From assembly GCA_000002435.2 (NCBI GenBank), contig CM018792.1: 64,000 nt of DNA; one strand, written 5' to 3'. The stretch is from Giardia intestinalis. Lineage: Eukaryota. The position numbers were made by a program, and so were the translations under genes. Below the pieces are notes generated by a model. The model saw only the letters and a program-made list of their open reading frames with translations, was not told the DNA's origin and did not search any database. Position 1 is the first letter of the stretch, and each line of letters starts with the position of its first letter. Shown piece by piece: positions 45,734 through 55,304 of this stretch.

Positions 45734-47398
45734 ATGCACAAGCCGCACACAACGTCCAAGTACAGGAAGGAAAGTGCTAGGCGTGTAGGGGAGGGAGGTA
45801 CTGGGGGAATATATATGGCACGGAACATAGCCACTGGGGAGCGCGTTATTCTTAAGGAAATAAAGTTAAGCAGTGCCGACGAGGGACTAGCAATATCAGG
45901 TCTTCGGGAGAGCTGCATATTATCTTCGTGCAGACACGAAAACATCATCAGAATTATCGAGACCTATTACTGGCGGAAAAACATCATCCTTGTGTTAGAG
46001 CTCTGTGAAAGGGACATCGGCGCTGTACTGAACGATGGATATACCATTCCAAAGGAGTTCCGCCAGTCCATTTTCTTTATGGCTCTACGGGGGTTGCATT
46101 ACCTCCACAGTAAGTGGATTTTGCACCGTGACATAAAACTGTCGAACATCTTGATTGCACACGACGGAACAATAAAGCTGACTGACTTTGGTCTGAGCAG
46201 GTATTACAAATATAATGGCTTTGACACTGGCAATGTAGGAACACAGACATATAGAGCACCCGAGCTAATTTTGAAGGGGCAGCAATCCACACCTGCATCC
46301 GATGTGTGGAGCATGGGCATCTGCTTCTGTGAAATCATTTTTGGGTGCGATGGATCAAACTACACGTTCTATGATATGGTCTCTTACGAGTTGAGCATGA
46401 TGACGCATGAACCTGGCGGCAGCGGCTGCCAGCGCCATAAGGCAATCAACGCCAAAGATTTTAGGGAAGAAATACCGAAGTCTCACGGGGACGTACGCGA
46501 CACAACAATGCTCACTACTCTAAAGGAAGCCCTTGGCTATCCATCTTTGGAGGAGCGACAAGGTCTTTCACAAAATGACATTTATCGTGTGATATTCCCG
46601 GACGAGAAACATAACAAGGAAAGCAACCATGCGCCGAGCAATCCTTCCAGACTACTTAGAGATATACTGCACAAACATGGCGGGTCTGAAGAGGAAATAG
46701 ACCTCATTCTTCACATGCTGAATTGGTCGCCCTATATAAGGTACACCTCAGATCAGTGTCTTAGTCACCACATGTTCGCTAATATTTACTCCAGTTCCAA
46801 AGTAGATTGTACAAATAAAGTTGATAGCCAAATTATTCACAGTAGCCCTTCTGTTGTGAAGCACAGATTATCAGAGTTTCCTCGCAACAACCACCTAACC
46901 ACACGGCCAGATCAGAAACACAAGCAAGTCGCTATACCACGACTCAATACGCACAGCATAGTTCAAGACCATGTCCTCGACTTTGACGCACAGGTGCAGT
47001 TTCATAGTATTGACGGTCAGCGAGACCTTTCGTATTCCTTTTTGCTTGGTGCCTCTATGCTTGGTGAAAACTCTAACACGCCCCACTGTGGTCGGCACGA
47101 GTCTAACAAGCAGGAGAACGGTGTGCTCTCCAGGTTGCCCCTTCCACTAGAGTGTTCGGACGACAGTTCATGCGTAGTGTCATCAAAGAGATCCCACCCG
47201 CCGGTATGTCGCGAACAGGACCAAGAAGACCCAGTGCTACTCAACATGCTCAACAGCCTTACAGGTGGGTGTAATGAAGATCAGCTAGAAAGCGTGCATC
47301 GAAGTAGTCCTTTTGGATGTTTGTCTAGAAATTGGCAACAGAGCGCGTTTCATCAAGAAGCCACCAATGTAGACAATTCTTGGGATGATGCTAGTTAG
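45734..47398 (+). CDS. CMGC-group (CDK-like) Ser/Thr protein kinase with long C-terminal extension
   Basis: GEGGTGGIY, VILKEIK, HRDIKLSNILI, DFGLSR, GTQTYRAPELIL, DVWSMG. Confidence 0.82.
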   Translation: MHKPHTTSKYRKESARRVGEGGTGGIYMARNIATGERVILKEIKLSSADEGLAISGLRESCILSSCRHENIIRIIETYYWRKNIILVLELCERDIGAVLNDGYTIPKEFRQSIFFMALRGLHYLHSKWILHRDIKLSNILIAHDGTIKLTDFGLSRYYKYNGFDTGNVGTQTYRAPELILKGQQSTPASDVWSMGICFCEIIFGCDGSNYTFYDMVSYELSMMTHEPGGSGCQRHKAINAKDFREEIPKSHGDVRDTTMLTTLKEALGYPSLEERQGLSQNDIYRVIFPDEKHNKESNHAPSNPSRLLRDILHKHGGSEEEIDLILHMLNWSPYIRYTSDQCLSHHMFANIYSSSKVDCTNKVDSQIIHSSPSVVKHRLSEFPRNNHLTTRPDQKHKQVAIPRLNTHSIVQDHVLDFDAQVQFHSIDGQRDLSYSFLLGASMLGENSNTPHCGRHESNKQENGVLSRLPLPLECSDDSSCVVSSKRSHPPVCREQDQEDPVLLNMLNSLTGGCNEDQLESVHRSSPFGCLSRNWQQSAFHQEATNVDNSWDDAS

Positions 47399-47420
47399 CG
47401 TGCCTCACTTACTCACGTTA

Positions 47421-49718
47421 TTATTCAGATAACTTCTGCTCTATCGCAGCCTGCCGCACGTCATCATAAAATATTCTTACTTTCTTCCATGTGTCAAAGC
47501 GGGTGAACTCACAGTCGTTGAATAGCTCTGATAGATTGCACGTTTCCCATATTTCCTTGCAGTTCATGATACTATAGGGATAGCCCTGGTTGTAGCTAAG
47601 GTATGTGCGACGCTCAGCCGCGGTGTGTTGCTCATTTGTGTCCTCAGAAACCAAAATGTAAAAGTACGCGTTCTGGTCACCTGATTTCGGCCGTGATATC
47701 CTTCCCATTCGCTGGGCTTCTTGACGTCTGCTTCTTTCCTGCCAATCCAACTCGATAATTACATTGGCGTCAGGTAAGTCGAGGGATGTATCTCCAACGG
47801 ATGATAGCATGAGACAGCTGATCGTTCTGGTGGCAAACGCATTTACAAGGCACTCCCTCTCATCGTCACTGCAAGCGCCCATGATAAACGGGACATCGAA
47901 CATACGTGCGTACATCTTTGCCGCCATAATAGTATCGCAGAAGAGAAGCACTTGATCTCCCCGCCGGGTGTGGTACTCCTTCAGGTACCACGCAGTTTGG
48001 ACCTTGTACGGATTGAGGATCGTCAAGTACTTCATGTACGTCTTGCGTGTGATCATCACGTCGTTGACGCACACAGTAGTTCTGTCTTGATTGGTCGCCT
48101 GAGCTGTGTTTTGGTCTAGCCAGTCATCGTAAAAGATATGGTGCATTGGACAACGTATTTCAGCGCACTGCAATTTTGCGATAAAGCCGCGCTTTGCAAG
48201 ATCAGACCAGTTGGATTCGTAGAGCTTATTCCCGAGGAGATACAGATTTGTCATCTCGTCATCTTCTCGAAGAGGCGTCGCAGTGAGCCCTATTTTGCAG
48301 TATGACCGCAGGAAAAGATTTGCCTTGGTGTTAACATTGTCTGTAACAAACAAGGTCCTGTAGGTCTCTGCCATCACCTGATGCGCCTCATCAAACAAAA
48401 CAATCCCCCACATAAGTGAATGCACCTTGTTGAGCGTTTCTTTACTCTTAGCGCTCTTTGCATTAGTGAGCATCTGGTAGGTGCTTATGAATACGATATG
48501 GTACCCTGGGATAAACTCAGTCTCCTCGTCTTTGTTTGCCGAAAAAATATAGACACGATCGCTCTCGACTGTGGAGAATTGCAGAAACTGACTCTTCCAC
48601 TGTTTAGACGACAGATTTCCGTTAGTGACTACTATGCAGGAGTGCCCAAGACGACACGCACAAGCAACACCCAAGAGAGACTTTCCTGCGCCACATGGCA
48701 GAACGACTAACCCAGAATTACAGCGCTTAACGATCTGCGACGTGTCTAGCTGCACCTCAGATATGACTTTCTTTGAAGCATGGTCTTGGTAATCCCGTAG
48801 GTCGGTAGTGGGTTTTAGCTGTGCATTGATTTGAGGTGCTTTTACTTGGTATGCCTTTGCAAACTCCTCTTTGATCTTCTTAAGTTCGCACATTTCTGCC
48901 TCTGTATTGATCTCCGCGGCCATAAGAGACTGTAACCGCTGAACTTGCTCATTGCGAACGGCATCGATGCCCTCGTCAAGAAGAAGATATTCCTCTATGG
49001 TAATTAAAGAGCGCGTACCGCTCAGTGGGTCCCGCATTTCTTTTAGCTTCTTTCGAATACTAGTGAGTGCTTCGAGTGGAAAAAAGTATCGCTTCAATTT
49101 AGGAATGCTTGCGATCTTAAACGACTGTGTGTACCACAACGATTGGTCAGATTGCACACCTTGCTCGTGAGTCTTAAGCTCGCGTTTCTGCAGCTCCTCT
49201 GCAGTATCGTTCCGCTTTTTGCGCAGGAGCTCTTCGAAAAGCGTGTCAGCCACATTGTCAGAGGCATCCTCCAGAAGGTCCTTGATATCAGGGGTCAGGT
49301 CTAGGGTCTGGGGAACACGTAAAAGGAATCGGTTGCTGTCATAAATGGAAAAGCTAATGGTGCCTTGATTGTTAGCTAAGCGTCGCAGCGCAGAGAGAAG
49401 CGTGGGGGGAAGGCGGCGATACTTAGAGTAGTAGCCGAGCCGGATCTCTATCTCCGTTGCCGTGTATCCCAGAGAGAGACCTATGTGGAGTGACTCTTCT
49501 GTGATTCGATACTCGTGTACATAGGTCGGCCGTGTTTCGGCTTCTGCAAGGCTAACAAGGAAGTTGTAAGCCTCATCATACATCGGGGAAAACGTCTCCA
49601 AGAGTACAACATGATCGGCACTTAAAGCATTCGTTGAATAAGGAAAGACCGAAAGAGGCCTTTTGTGGTGATCGGGCTTTAGGTCTTCGAACGAGAGAGG
49701 AGCATCTTTGCTGCTCAT
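47421..49718 (-). CDS. ERCC3: TFIIH helicase XPB/ERCC3/Rad25 (Ssl2)
   Basis: Helicase motif I VVLPCGAGKSLLG, motif II FDEAHQV, GLTATPLREDD. XPB-type N-terminus (..HVVLLETFSPMYDEAYNFLVSLAE..YRITEESL). First ATG at 49718 (track start is TTG). Confidence 0.92.
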   Translation of the reverse strand: MSSKDAPLSFEDLKPDHHKRPLSVFPYSTNALSADHVVLLETFSPMYDEAYNFLVSLAEAETRPTYVHEYRITEESLHIGLSLGYTATEIEIRLGYYSKYRRLPPTLLSALRRLANNQGTISFSIYDSNRFLLRVPQTLDLTPDIKDLLEDASDNVADTLFEELLRKKRNDTAEELQKRELKTHEQGVQSDQSLWYTQSFKIASIPKLKRYFFPLEALTSIRKKLKEMRDPLSGTRSLITIEEYLLLDEGIDAVRNEQVQRLQSLMAAEINTEAEMCELKKIKEEFAKAYQVKAPQINAQLKPTTDLRDYQDHASKKVISEVQLDTSQIVKRCNSGLVVLPCGAGKSLLGVACACRLGHSCIVVTNGNLSSKQWKSQFLQFSTVESDRVYIFSANKDEETEFIPGYHIVFISTYQMLTNAKSAKSKETLNKVHSLMWGIVLFDEAHQVMAETYRTLFVTDNVNTKANLFLRSYCKIGLTATPLREDDEMTNLYLLGNKLYESNWSDLAKRGFIAKLQCAEIRCPMHHIFYDDWLDQNTAQATNQDRTTVCVNDVMITRKTYMKYLTILNPYKVQTAWYLKEYHTRRGDQVLLFCDTIMAAKMYARMFDVPFIMGACSDDERECLVNAFATRTISCLMLSSVGDTSLDLPDANVIIELDWQERSRRQEAQRMGRISRPKSGDQNAYFYILVSEDTNEQHTAAERRTYLSYNQGYPYSIMNCKEIWETCNLSELFNDCEFTRFDTWKKVRIFYDDVRQAAIEQKLSE

Positions 49719-49738
49719 CAAAAGCTTTTTAAAAAGAA
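49719..49738. promoter_or_regulatory. 20-bp divergent spacer containing palindrome AAAAGCTTTT
   Basis: CAAAAGCTTTTTAAAAAGAA lies between the XPB ATG (minus) and the Snu13 ATG (plus). AAAAGCTTTT is its own reverse complement. Confidence 0.55.
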
Positions 49739-50107
49739 ATGCAAATTGACCCCAGAGCCATTCCGTTTGCCAATGAAGAGCTGTCGCTAGAGCTTTTGAA
49801 TTTAGTAAAGCACGGGGCTAGCTTACAGGCAATAAAGCGTGGGGCCAATGAGGCGTTAAAACAGGTGAATAGAGGAAAGGCAGAGCTTGTAATCATCGCT
49901 GCCGATGCAGATCCCATTGAAATAGTTTTGCACTTACCACTTGCATGTGAAGATAAGGGGGTACCATATGTTTTTATCGGGTCAAAGAACGCGCTTGGAC
50001 GTGCCTGCAATGTATCTGTCCCTACCATAGTGGCCAGCATTGGTAAGCACGATGCTCTCGGCAATGTGGTGGCAGAGATAGTAGGGAAAGTGGAGGCACT
50101 GGTATGA
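49739..50107 (+). CDS. SNU13: Snu13/NHP2L1 (15.5K) L7Ae-family RNA-binding protein
   Basis: KRGANEALKQVNRGKAELVIIAADADPIEIVLHLPLACEDKGVPYVFIGSKNALGRAC is nearly collinear with yeast Snu13 as I recall it. Confidence 0.92.
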   Translation: MQIDPRAIPFANEELSLELLNLVKHGASLQAIKRGANEALKQVNRGKAELVIIAADADPIEIVLHLPLACEDKGVPYVFIGSKNALGRACNVSVPTIVASIGKHDALGNVVAEIVGKVEALV

Positions 50108-50146
50108 CGGGAGTGCGTTTACAGTGCAAGCATCACTAGTAAATGC

Positions 50147-53100
50147 TCACCGGTACATGCTACACACTACTAGTATTTGGAGTGCACTATATACGAAGGC
50201 TAGGTTCTGCAGGCATGCATTTCTAGACAAGTCGGCTTCCAAATTCTTAAGGCCGAGACAAGCTGCGACATGCCGGCCAGAAAGCCCAGACGCCAACAAT
50301 CCGTTAATTCTATCGATGAGGTCACGAAAAGGCACGTCCTTTAAAGAGATCACTTCGCCGTGTTGAGAATTAGGAACTGAGACCGTTGATGAGTCCGGAA
50401 TGCCTTGCTTAGCTACGATGACTGCTATCTTCGGGAACGAACCACACGTGGCTTTCAGGCTGTCGAAGAAGGAGCAAACTCCGCCCGGAAGTAACCTGAG
50501 TAGAGTGACGCAGGATGGATGAAGACCTATGGCCCGAACCATGAGTTCAAGAAGCTCCTGCTGATCAGCTGTTAAATCTGTAGCTGTATTGGCATCATTA
50601 CTACGTAAATATGCCACAGGGTCAACGTATTCTAAACTTAAACCTAATAGCTCAAAGAGGTTCTCTGGCAAGTAGGCTAAGATATCTTCCAAAATACGTG
50701 TGGATAGAAGCTGATGAAAAATGGGGTATTGAAGACACATCTCCAGGTACAGCTTGTTCGAAAAGGTGTGGCAGATTGATGCCCCTGTGCACGCTATCAA
50801 CAGAAGCAATAAATCACCAGCCGGAAGATGTGATAAAAAGCACTGTACTAGCAGCGCAAATGAGATTGCGACAGGTGTATAGTCAGCGTCCTCCAAACCT
50901 ACGACGTAGCGGGCCTGACCTAATTCAGAAATAGCAGTCAACAGAAGAGACAGCTCATGTGGAAGGTAAAAGCCAGGAAAGAGTAGACACTTCAATGACA
51001 GGCTTTGCTGCTGGTGAAACGCAAGCAGGGTAGGGTCAACGAAATTGAGGTTCCACTGTGGCGCAGGATAGGGTTGTGAACACTGGGCAAAGTGTTTGAA
51101 AACAAACGAGGGAAGATCAGCCTTATGTAATGACTGGAGGGAGTCCAAGACTACGGCAAGACTCAGGATATCGTCGCTTGCAACAGGATGGTCCTCGTTA
51201 CTTGGGAAAGAGCTTGGTGTAACACTGTTCTCCTCTAAAGTGGTGCTGCCTACATCGTCTCGGCGGCTCTCTATTTTAGAGTCTACCTCCTCCGCAGTAT
51301 TATCTGAGGAATGCTGCATGATTAGGTCTCCACCAAAGACATAAGGTTCTTCTTGGATATCTCTAGGCAACACAGACGCATCTTTCTTGGAGGGAGATTT
51401 AGCCCAAAGGGGAGAGAAATCCAAGGTTGAAAGGTCTGCATCAAAAAGAGTTATCAATCGTAGCATAAGGGCGCGCAGAACTGCGCTTCTTACACAGTCC
51501 TTGAATGTAAAGTCAACAGCAACTGGAAGCAAGCTCTGTGAAAAGAGGTCTAGTATGCCAAGTGAGCACGACTTGTATGTGCGCTGGACACGAAGCTCTA
51601 GCTCGTCTGCCAGCCGATTGGATTCAGCAATGTACTTGCGTATGTATGCAAAGTCAATTGAGTTAAAAAGCTGATTGTTATGAAGATACTTGTCTGGGAG
51701 GACTTTTGAGGTGAGTATTTTCTCTATTACTGATATGTTCCCGTGAGCACGACATATAACCATGTTGTACACTACACGATAAAGAAGATAGATGGCGAGA
51801 TTTTCTTCGCGGATGGGATCTAGAGTATAAATGCTTTTGTGTCGCAGATAGATGCATGTCCATGACTGCTGTACTTCCTTGAGAACTGACCACCTTGAAG
51901 AAATGTCTTCAAGGGGTACACTGTCTTTATTTGCTGGGGCTGATTGTGCCTGTGATATGCGATAAGCAAAGCGAGCAGAGGCTTTATTGGAACCATCAAG
52001 GGGGAGGGGTAGAGGAACGATCAAGGTCTTGGCAGCACTTACTGCATAAATACAGGATTCCACATCATGTGGTCCTGCTGTCTGTTTATAGAACTTAACG
52101 TCAGGTAGCAAGCTCTGCAAATATTTCACAACATAAGGGAGGTCTGAAGAAGGGATACTCTTTGAAATAATTGGCTTTGTAGAGTCTTGTTCATATGCAC
52201 GTAAAAGAACTGTTAGATTATAAAAGTAGAATATGACAGGGTGAGAGCTGTGTAAGATATGCACGAGCTGATCAAGCTTGCGTGTCGGGACTCCTCTTTG
52301 AATGGCCCACTGTGCCTCTTCGCGCATAAATTGGGTGTAGAAAATCTGGAGTGTGCGTGTAAGGATGAGCTTAGTAAGGTCTTGAGCATTTTTTGCAGCC
52401 TCCGGTGAAATTACTGCATCTTCCTCGAAGACGGAATCTAATTCAAAAGTGTCCACACAATCTTTGTAATTCATATGCGTGATAAAGAACATATCCAAGA
52501 CATCTACCTTTAGTTGACCCGATGCTAAAAACCTAGCAAAACTGTCAACTACAAGAAGGAACATACGCCATGACGGGGTGTGAGACAAGCGTGCCGTCAT
52601 TCTCGAGAATGTTGTCGACGGGTCTGACATCAGTGGTTCTGGGGTATTAACGTACAGTTGATAGTCAGCGATAACCCGTAAATACACCATGAAAGATATA
52701 GCTATGTGCAAGAGCAACTTAACCAGTACTTTGGAGTGTGCTGGTAGGCGAGAAAGCACGCCGCGAACAATCAACGTTGAAAAATACCTGCTGGCATTTG
52801 CTGGAATAGCTAGAGGCTGAGATTGGGGAGATTGCTTAAAATAAATCTTTTCTTTAAAGATCTCTAGATTGAAGATGTCATTTAGTTGAGCTTCGAAGAT
52901 ATCATCTAGCTGCTCGGGACTCTTGTTCTGGCAGTTGCTGACCTCTTTCAGACACTGCTCATAGAATTGCATGAATCTATTATAGATTGCAGAATAGACC
53001 AGCCCCTTGTTAACGTCTCGAACTATTATATAATCCAGTACATGCCTTATGAGGATGTATATCGACTGGTCCCAGTGGAGGCCTGGAGCCGAGGATGGAC

Positions 53101-54721
53101 TTAAAAACGTTAACATCTCATAAGGAACATATGAATATGCGCATGTTCTCCTCTTCGTTGCAGTAGAAGAAGGTTGTGGGCCCACTAAATAGATGCTTTC
53201 AAGGAGCACTCGAATGAAGATGACTTCCGACGAGAGAGGGAGGATGGAGCGTTGCACAACAGTTAGCTGTGTCTGTAGGTCGCGTCCTATTATGTTCTTA
53301 ACAGGCGGAAAGGCCTCAATGACATCTTTGTACGGGCTTTGATTGATGAATGGATTCTTCTCTAGGAATTCTAACAGCTCGTGGGTCATGACAGCGTCGG
53401 CAGCTGCTCCGCGCCAATAGTAACCGGAAATCATAACAATGTTAGTATCCCTCTCTGCTTCTGCTTCTGCTTCTGCCGCTTCCTCAACCTCTGTTTCTGC
53501 CCTCAGTCTTACTTCAGTTCCCAGATCAGTAGTCACGCAGTTGGTAAGACACAGAGCTGCGTAGTCCTCAAGCGTAAGCGGTGATAGTGTCGCCAACGTA
53601 GGAGATGACCAGTCAGCAATGGAGGAATACTCATTGAAAATGCCCGAACTAAGAAACCAGATAAAGAGGGGATGTATAGACGTGTGTAGCTCATCGATGG
53701 GTGGCACAGAAAATGTGATATTCTGTATCATGTACATAATTAGCTTAGAGAAGAGGGCGTCGACATTCGAGGCACGGATTGTTGAAAGCTGGCCAGTCTG
53801 AAGCGAACTGAGTGGTAAGGTGGGGGGTAGACTAAAGAGCCAGTCCAAATATGCTAGCGATAGAATAAATTCATCTCCAATGGAGCACACAGGTTGAGCA
53901 TCGAGAACGGCCATCTCCGCTGACAGAAAGAGTCTGTTGAGCTCTGTATGAGAATTAGAGCGTAGAATGCTTTTCTGGATAAATGGTAATAGCTTTTCGG
54001 TTAGGTTATCAAGTAGATTTCTGCCCGAGTTGATACGTGAAAACAAATCCATCACAAAGCTCTTCTCTTTTGGCCTTTTGGACACAGGTAGTTCTTCCAG
54101 TGCTTTTTCAATGATATAAACCTCATAAATTTCCTGATAAAGGGGAAGCATGTGGCCCATATCACGGAGAGACTTAACTCCTTTCAGATTGATGTGGAGA
54201 TCTTCCTCGTAAAGCACACTTAAGACATCATCTGATCGCACACTGTATAAGAAATCTTTGTGAGACTTTGGGAGCCTCTTATAGTAGGTGAGGAGTAGCT
54301 TTTCTGAATAGTAGAAGGTGCCCCAGTCAGAAAGCTCACCAGAGGGGGTCCCCAATTCATTAGTTTGGAGCATCATGCCATCATCGAAATGCGCATTTAT
54401 CGGTGAAAACTCTGGCTTTTCTCCGCCAACAACTGTCCTCATCAGATGTTTAAACCATTTTCTAAATGATATCTCGTACATGGTGTCACTAGTTAAGGAA
54501 CGCATGGGGAGCTTCATATCCGTATCATGAAGATGCTGAGATCCACTAAGAACAGATTTGTCCAGTTCAACTAGGTTATTAAAAATGAGGTCGGCTGCAA
54601 TCTTTTTTAGCTTGGGGCTTGGCAACCTATCTACTTGCTCTGGTTCTGATGCTACTATATTGAGCTGAGGGTTATCTAAGGGAGTACTAGAGGGCACAGC
54701 TATCGGGGAGTCTGGGTTCAT
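50147..54721 (-). CDS. Large hypothetical protein, 1524 aa
   Basis: Uninterrupted 4.6-kb ORF with an ATG start. Contains a short EAEAEAEAE run (GCTTCT microsatellite near 53456-53480). No family recognised. Confidence 0.7.
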   Translation of the reverse strand: MNPDSPIAVPSSTPLDNPQLNIVASEPEQVDRLPSPKLKKIAADLIFNNLVELDKSVLSGSQHLHDTDMKLPMRSLTSDTMYEISFRKWFKHLMRTVVGGEKPEFSPINAHFDDGMMLQTNELGTPSGELSDWGTFYYSEKLLLTYYKRLPKSHKDFLYSVRSDDVLSVLYEEDLHINLKGVKSLRDMGHMLPLYQEIYEVYIIEKALEELPVSKRPKEKSFVMDLFSRINSGRNLLDNLTEKLLPFIQKSILRSNSHTELNRLFLSAEMAVLDAQPVCSIGDEFILSLAYLDWLFSLPPTLPLSSLQTGQLSTIRASNVDALFSKLIMYMIQNITFSVPPIDELHTSIHPLFIWFLSSGIFNEYSSIADWSSPTLATLSPLTLEDYAALCLTNCVTTDLGTEVRLRAETEVEEAAEAEAEAERDTNIVMISGYYWRGAAADAVMTHELLEFLEKNPFINQSPYKDVIEAFPPVKNIIGRDLQTQLTVVQRSILPLSSEVIFIRVLLESIYLVGPQPSSTATKRRTCAYSYVPYEMLTFLSPSSAPGLHWDQSIYILIRHVLDYIIVRDVNKGLVYSAIYNRFMQFYEQCLKEVSNCQNKSPEQLDDIFEAQLNDIFNLEIFKEKIYFKQSPQSQPLAIPANASRYFSTLIVRGVLSRLPAHSKVLVKLLLHIAISFMVYLRVIADYQLYVNTPEPLMSDPSTTFSRMTARLSHTPSWRMFLLVVDSFARFLASGQLKVDVLDMFFITHMNYKDCVDTFELDSVFEEDAVISPEAAKNAQDLTKLILTRTLQIFYTQFMREEAQWAIQRGVPTRKLDQLVHILHSSHPVIFYFYNLTVLLRAYEQDSTKPIISKSIPSSDLPYVVKYLQSLLPDVKFYKQTAGPHDVESCIYAVSAAKTLIVPLPLPLDGSNKASARFAYRISQAQSAPANKDSVPLEDISSRWSVLKEVQQSWTCIYLRHKSIYTLDPIREENLAIYLLYRVVYNMVICRAHGNISVIEKILTSKVLPDKYLHNNQLFNSIDFAYIRKYIAESNRLADELELRVQRTYKSCSLGILDLFSQSLLPVAVDFTFKDCVRSAVLRALMLRLITLFDADLSTLDFSPLWAKSPSKKDASVLPRDIQEEPYVFGGDLIMQHSSDNTAEEVDSKIESRRDDVGSTTLEENSVTPSSFPSNEDHPVASDDILSLAVVLDSLQSLHKADLPSFVFKHFAQCSQPYPAPQWNLNFVDPTLLAFHQQQSLSLKCLLFPGFYLPHELSLLLTAISELGQARYVVGLEDADYTPVAISFALLVQCFLSHLPAGDLLLLLIACTGASICHTFSNKLYLEMCLQYPIFHQLLSTRILEDILAYLPENLFELLGLSLEYVDPVAYLRSNDANTATDLTADQQELLELMVRAIGLHPSCVTLLRLLPGGVCSFFDSLKATCGSFPKIAVIVAKQGIPDSSTVSVPNSQHGEVISLKDVPFRDLIDRINGLLASGLSGRHVAACLGLKNLEADLSRNACLQNLAFVYSALQILVVCSMYR

Positions 54722-54727
54722 TTTTTG
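54722..54727. promoter_or_regulatory. 6-bp spacer between head-to-head start codons
   Basis: CAT TTTTTG ATG: minus-strand ATG at 54719-54721 and plus-strand ATG at 54728-54730. Confidence 0.5.
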
Positions 54728-55237
54728 ATGGGCACCTTTGATACTTGCTACGGAGACTTACTGGACTATGCTGCCAAGGGATGTTTTGATGTGATTGTTC
54801 ACGGGTGCAATTGCTTCTGTACAATGGGCGGTGGAATCGCAGCCTCTATTAGTTCCCGCTTTCCGGCTGCACTGAAGGCCGACAGTGAGACTGCTGAGGG
54901 GGATAGGAGCAAGCTGGGATCATATACTTCGGCCACCGTTGCTATAGGCTCCACAACAAAGACAAATCGAATGGCTCTTACCGTCGTGAATGCTTATACG
55001 CAATACATGTACAGGCCAACCAGAGAAACGCCCATTCCATGCGACTATGATGCAATTGATAAGGTAATGGCGCGCATCAATCAAGATTTTGCCGGAAAGT
55101 CCATCGGTCTACCACAGTTAGGGGCAGGGCTCGCGGGTGGCGACTGGAAGACAATTGAGGAAATTATTAGGAAGCGATTGCATTCCTGTCACATAACTAT
55201 TGTGTTGTTTAAAGCGTCGCAGACGCCCTCTGAGTGA
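54728..55237 (+). CDS. Macro-domain protein, TARG1/OARD1-like (ADP-ribose binding/hydrolase)
   Basis: GDLL..(x)..DVIVHGCNCFCTMGGGIAASI..RFP and SIGLPQLGAGLAGGDW parallel the GDLF..HC.S.DC.MGAGIA and MPRIGCGLD..W blocks of TARG1-type macro domains as I recall them. Confidence 0.72.
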   Translation: MGTFDTCYGDLLDYAAKGCFDVIVHGCNCFCTMGGGIAASISSRFPAALKADSETAEGDRSKLGSYTSATVAIGSTTKTNRMALTVVNAYTQYMYRPTRETPIPCDYDAIDKVMARINQDFAGKSIGLPQLGAGLAGGDWKTIEEIIRKRLHSCHITIVLFKASQTPSE

Positions 55238-55304
55238 ACTTCTGCTGAGTTTCTGGTTTGAAGAATTCAAAAAGTTTAGCTTTGATCGGTACTTGTACTT
55301 TCCA

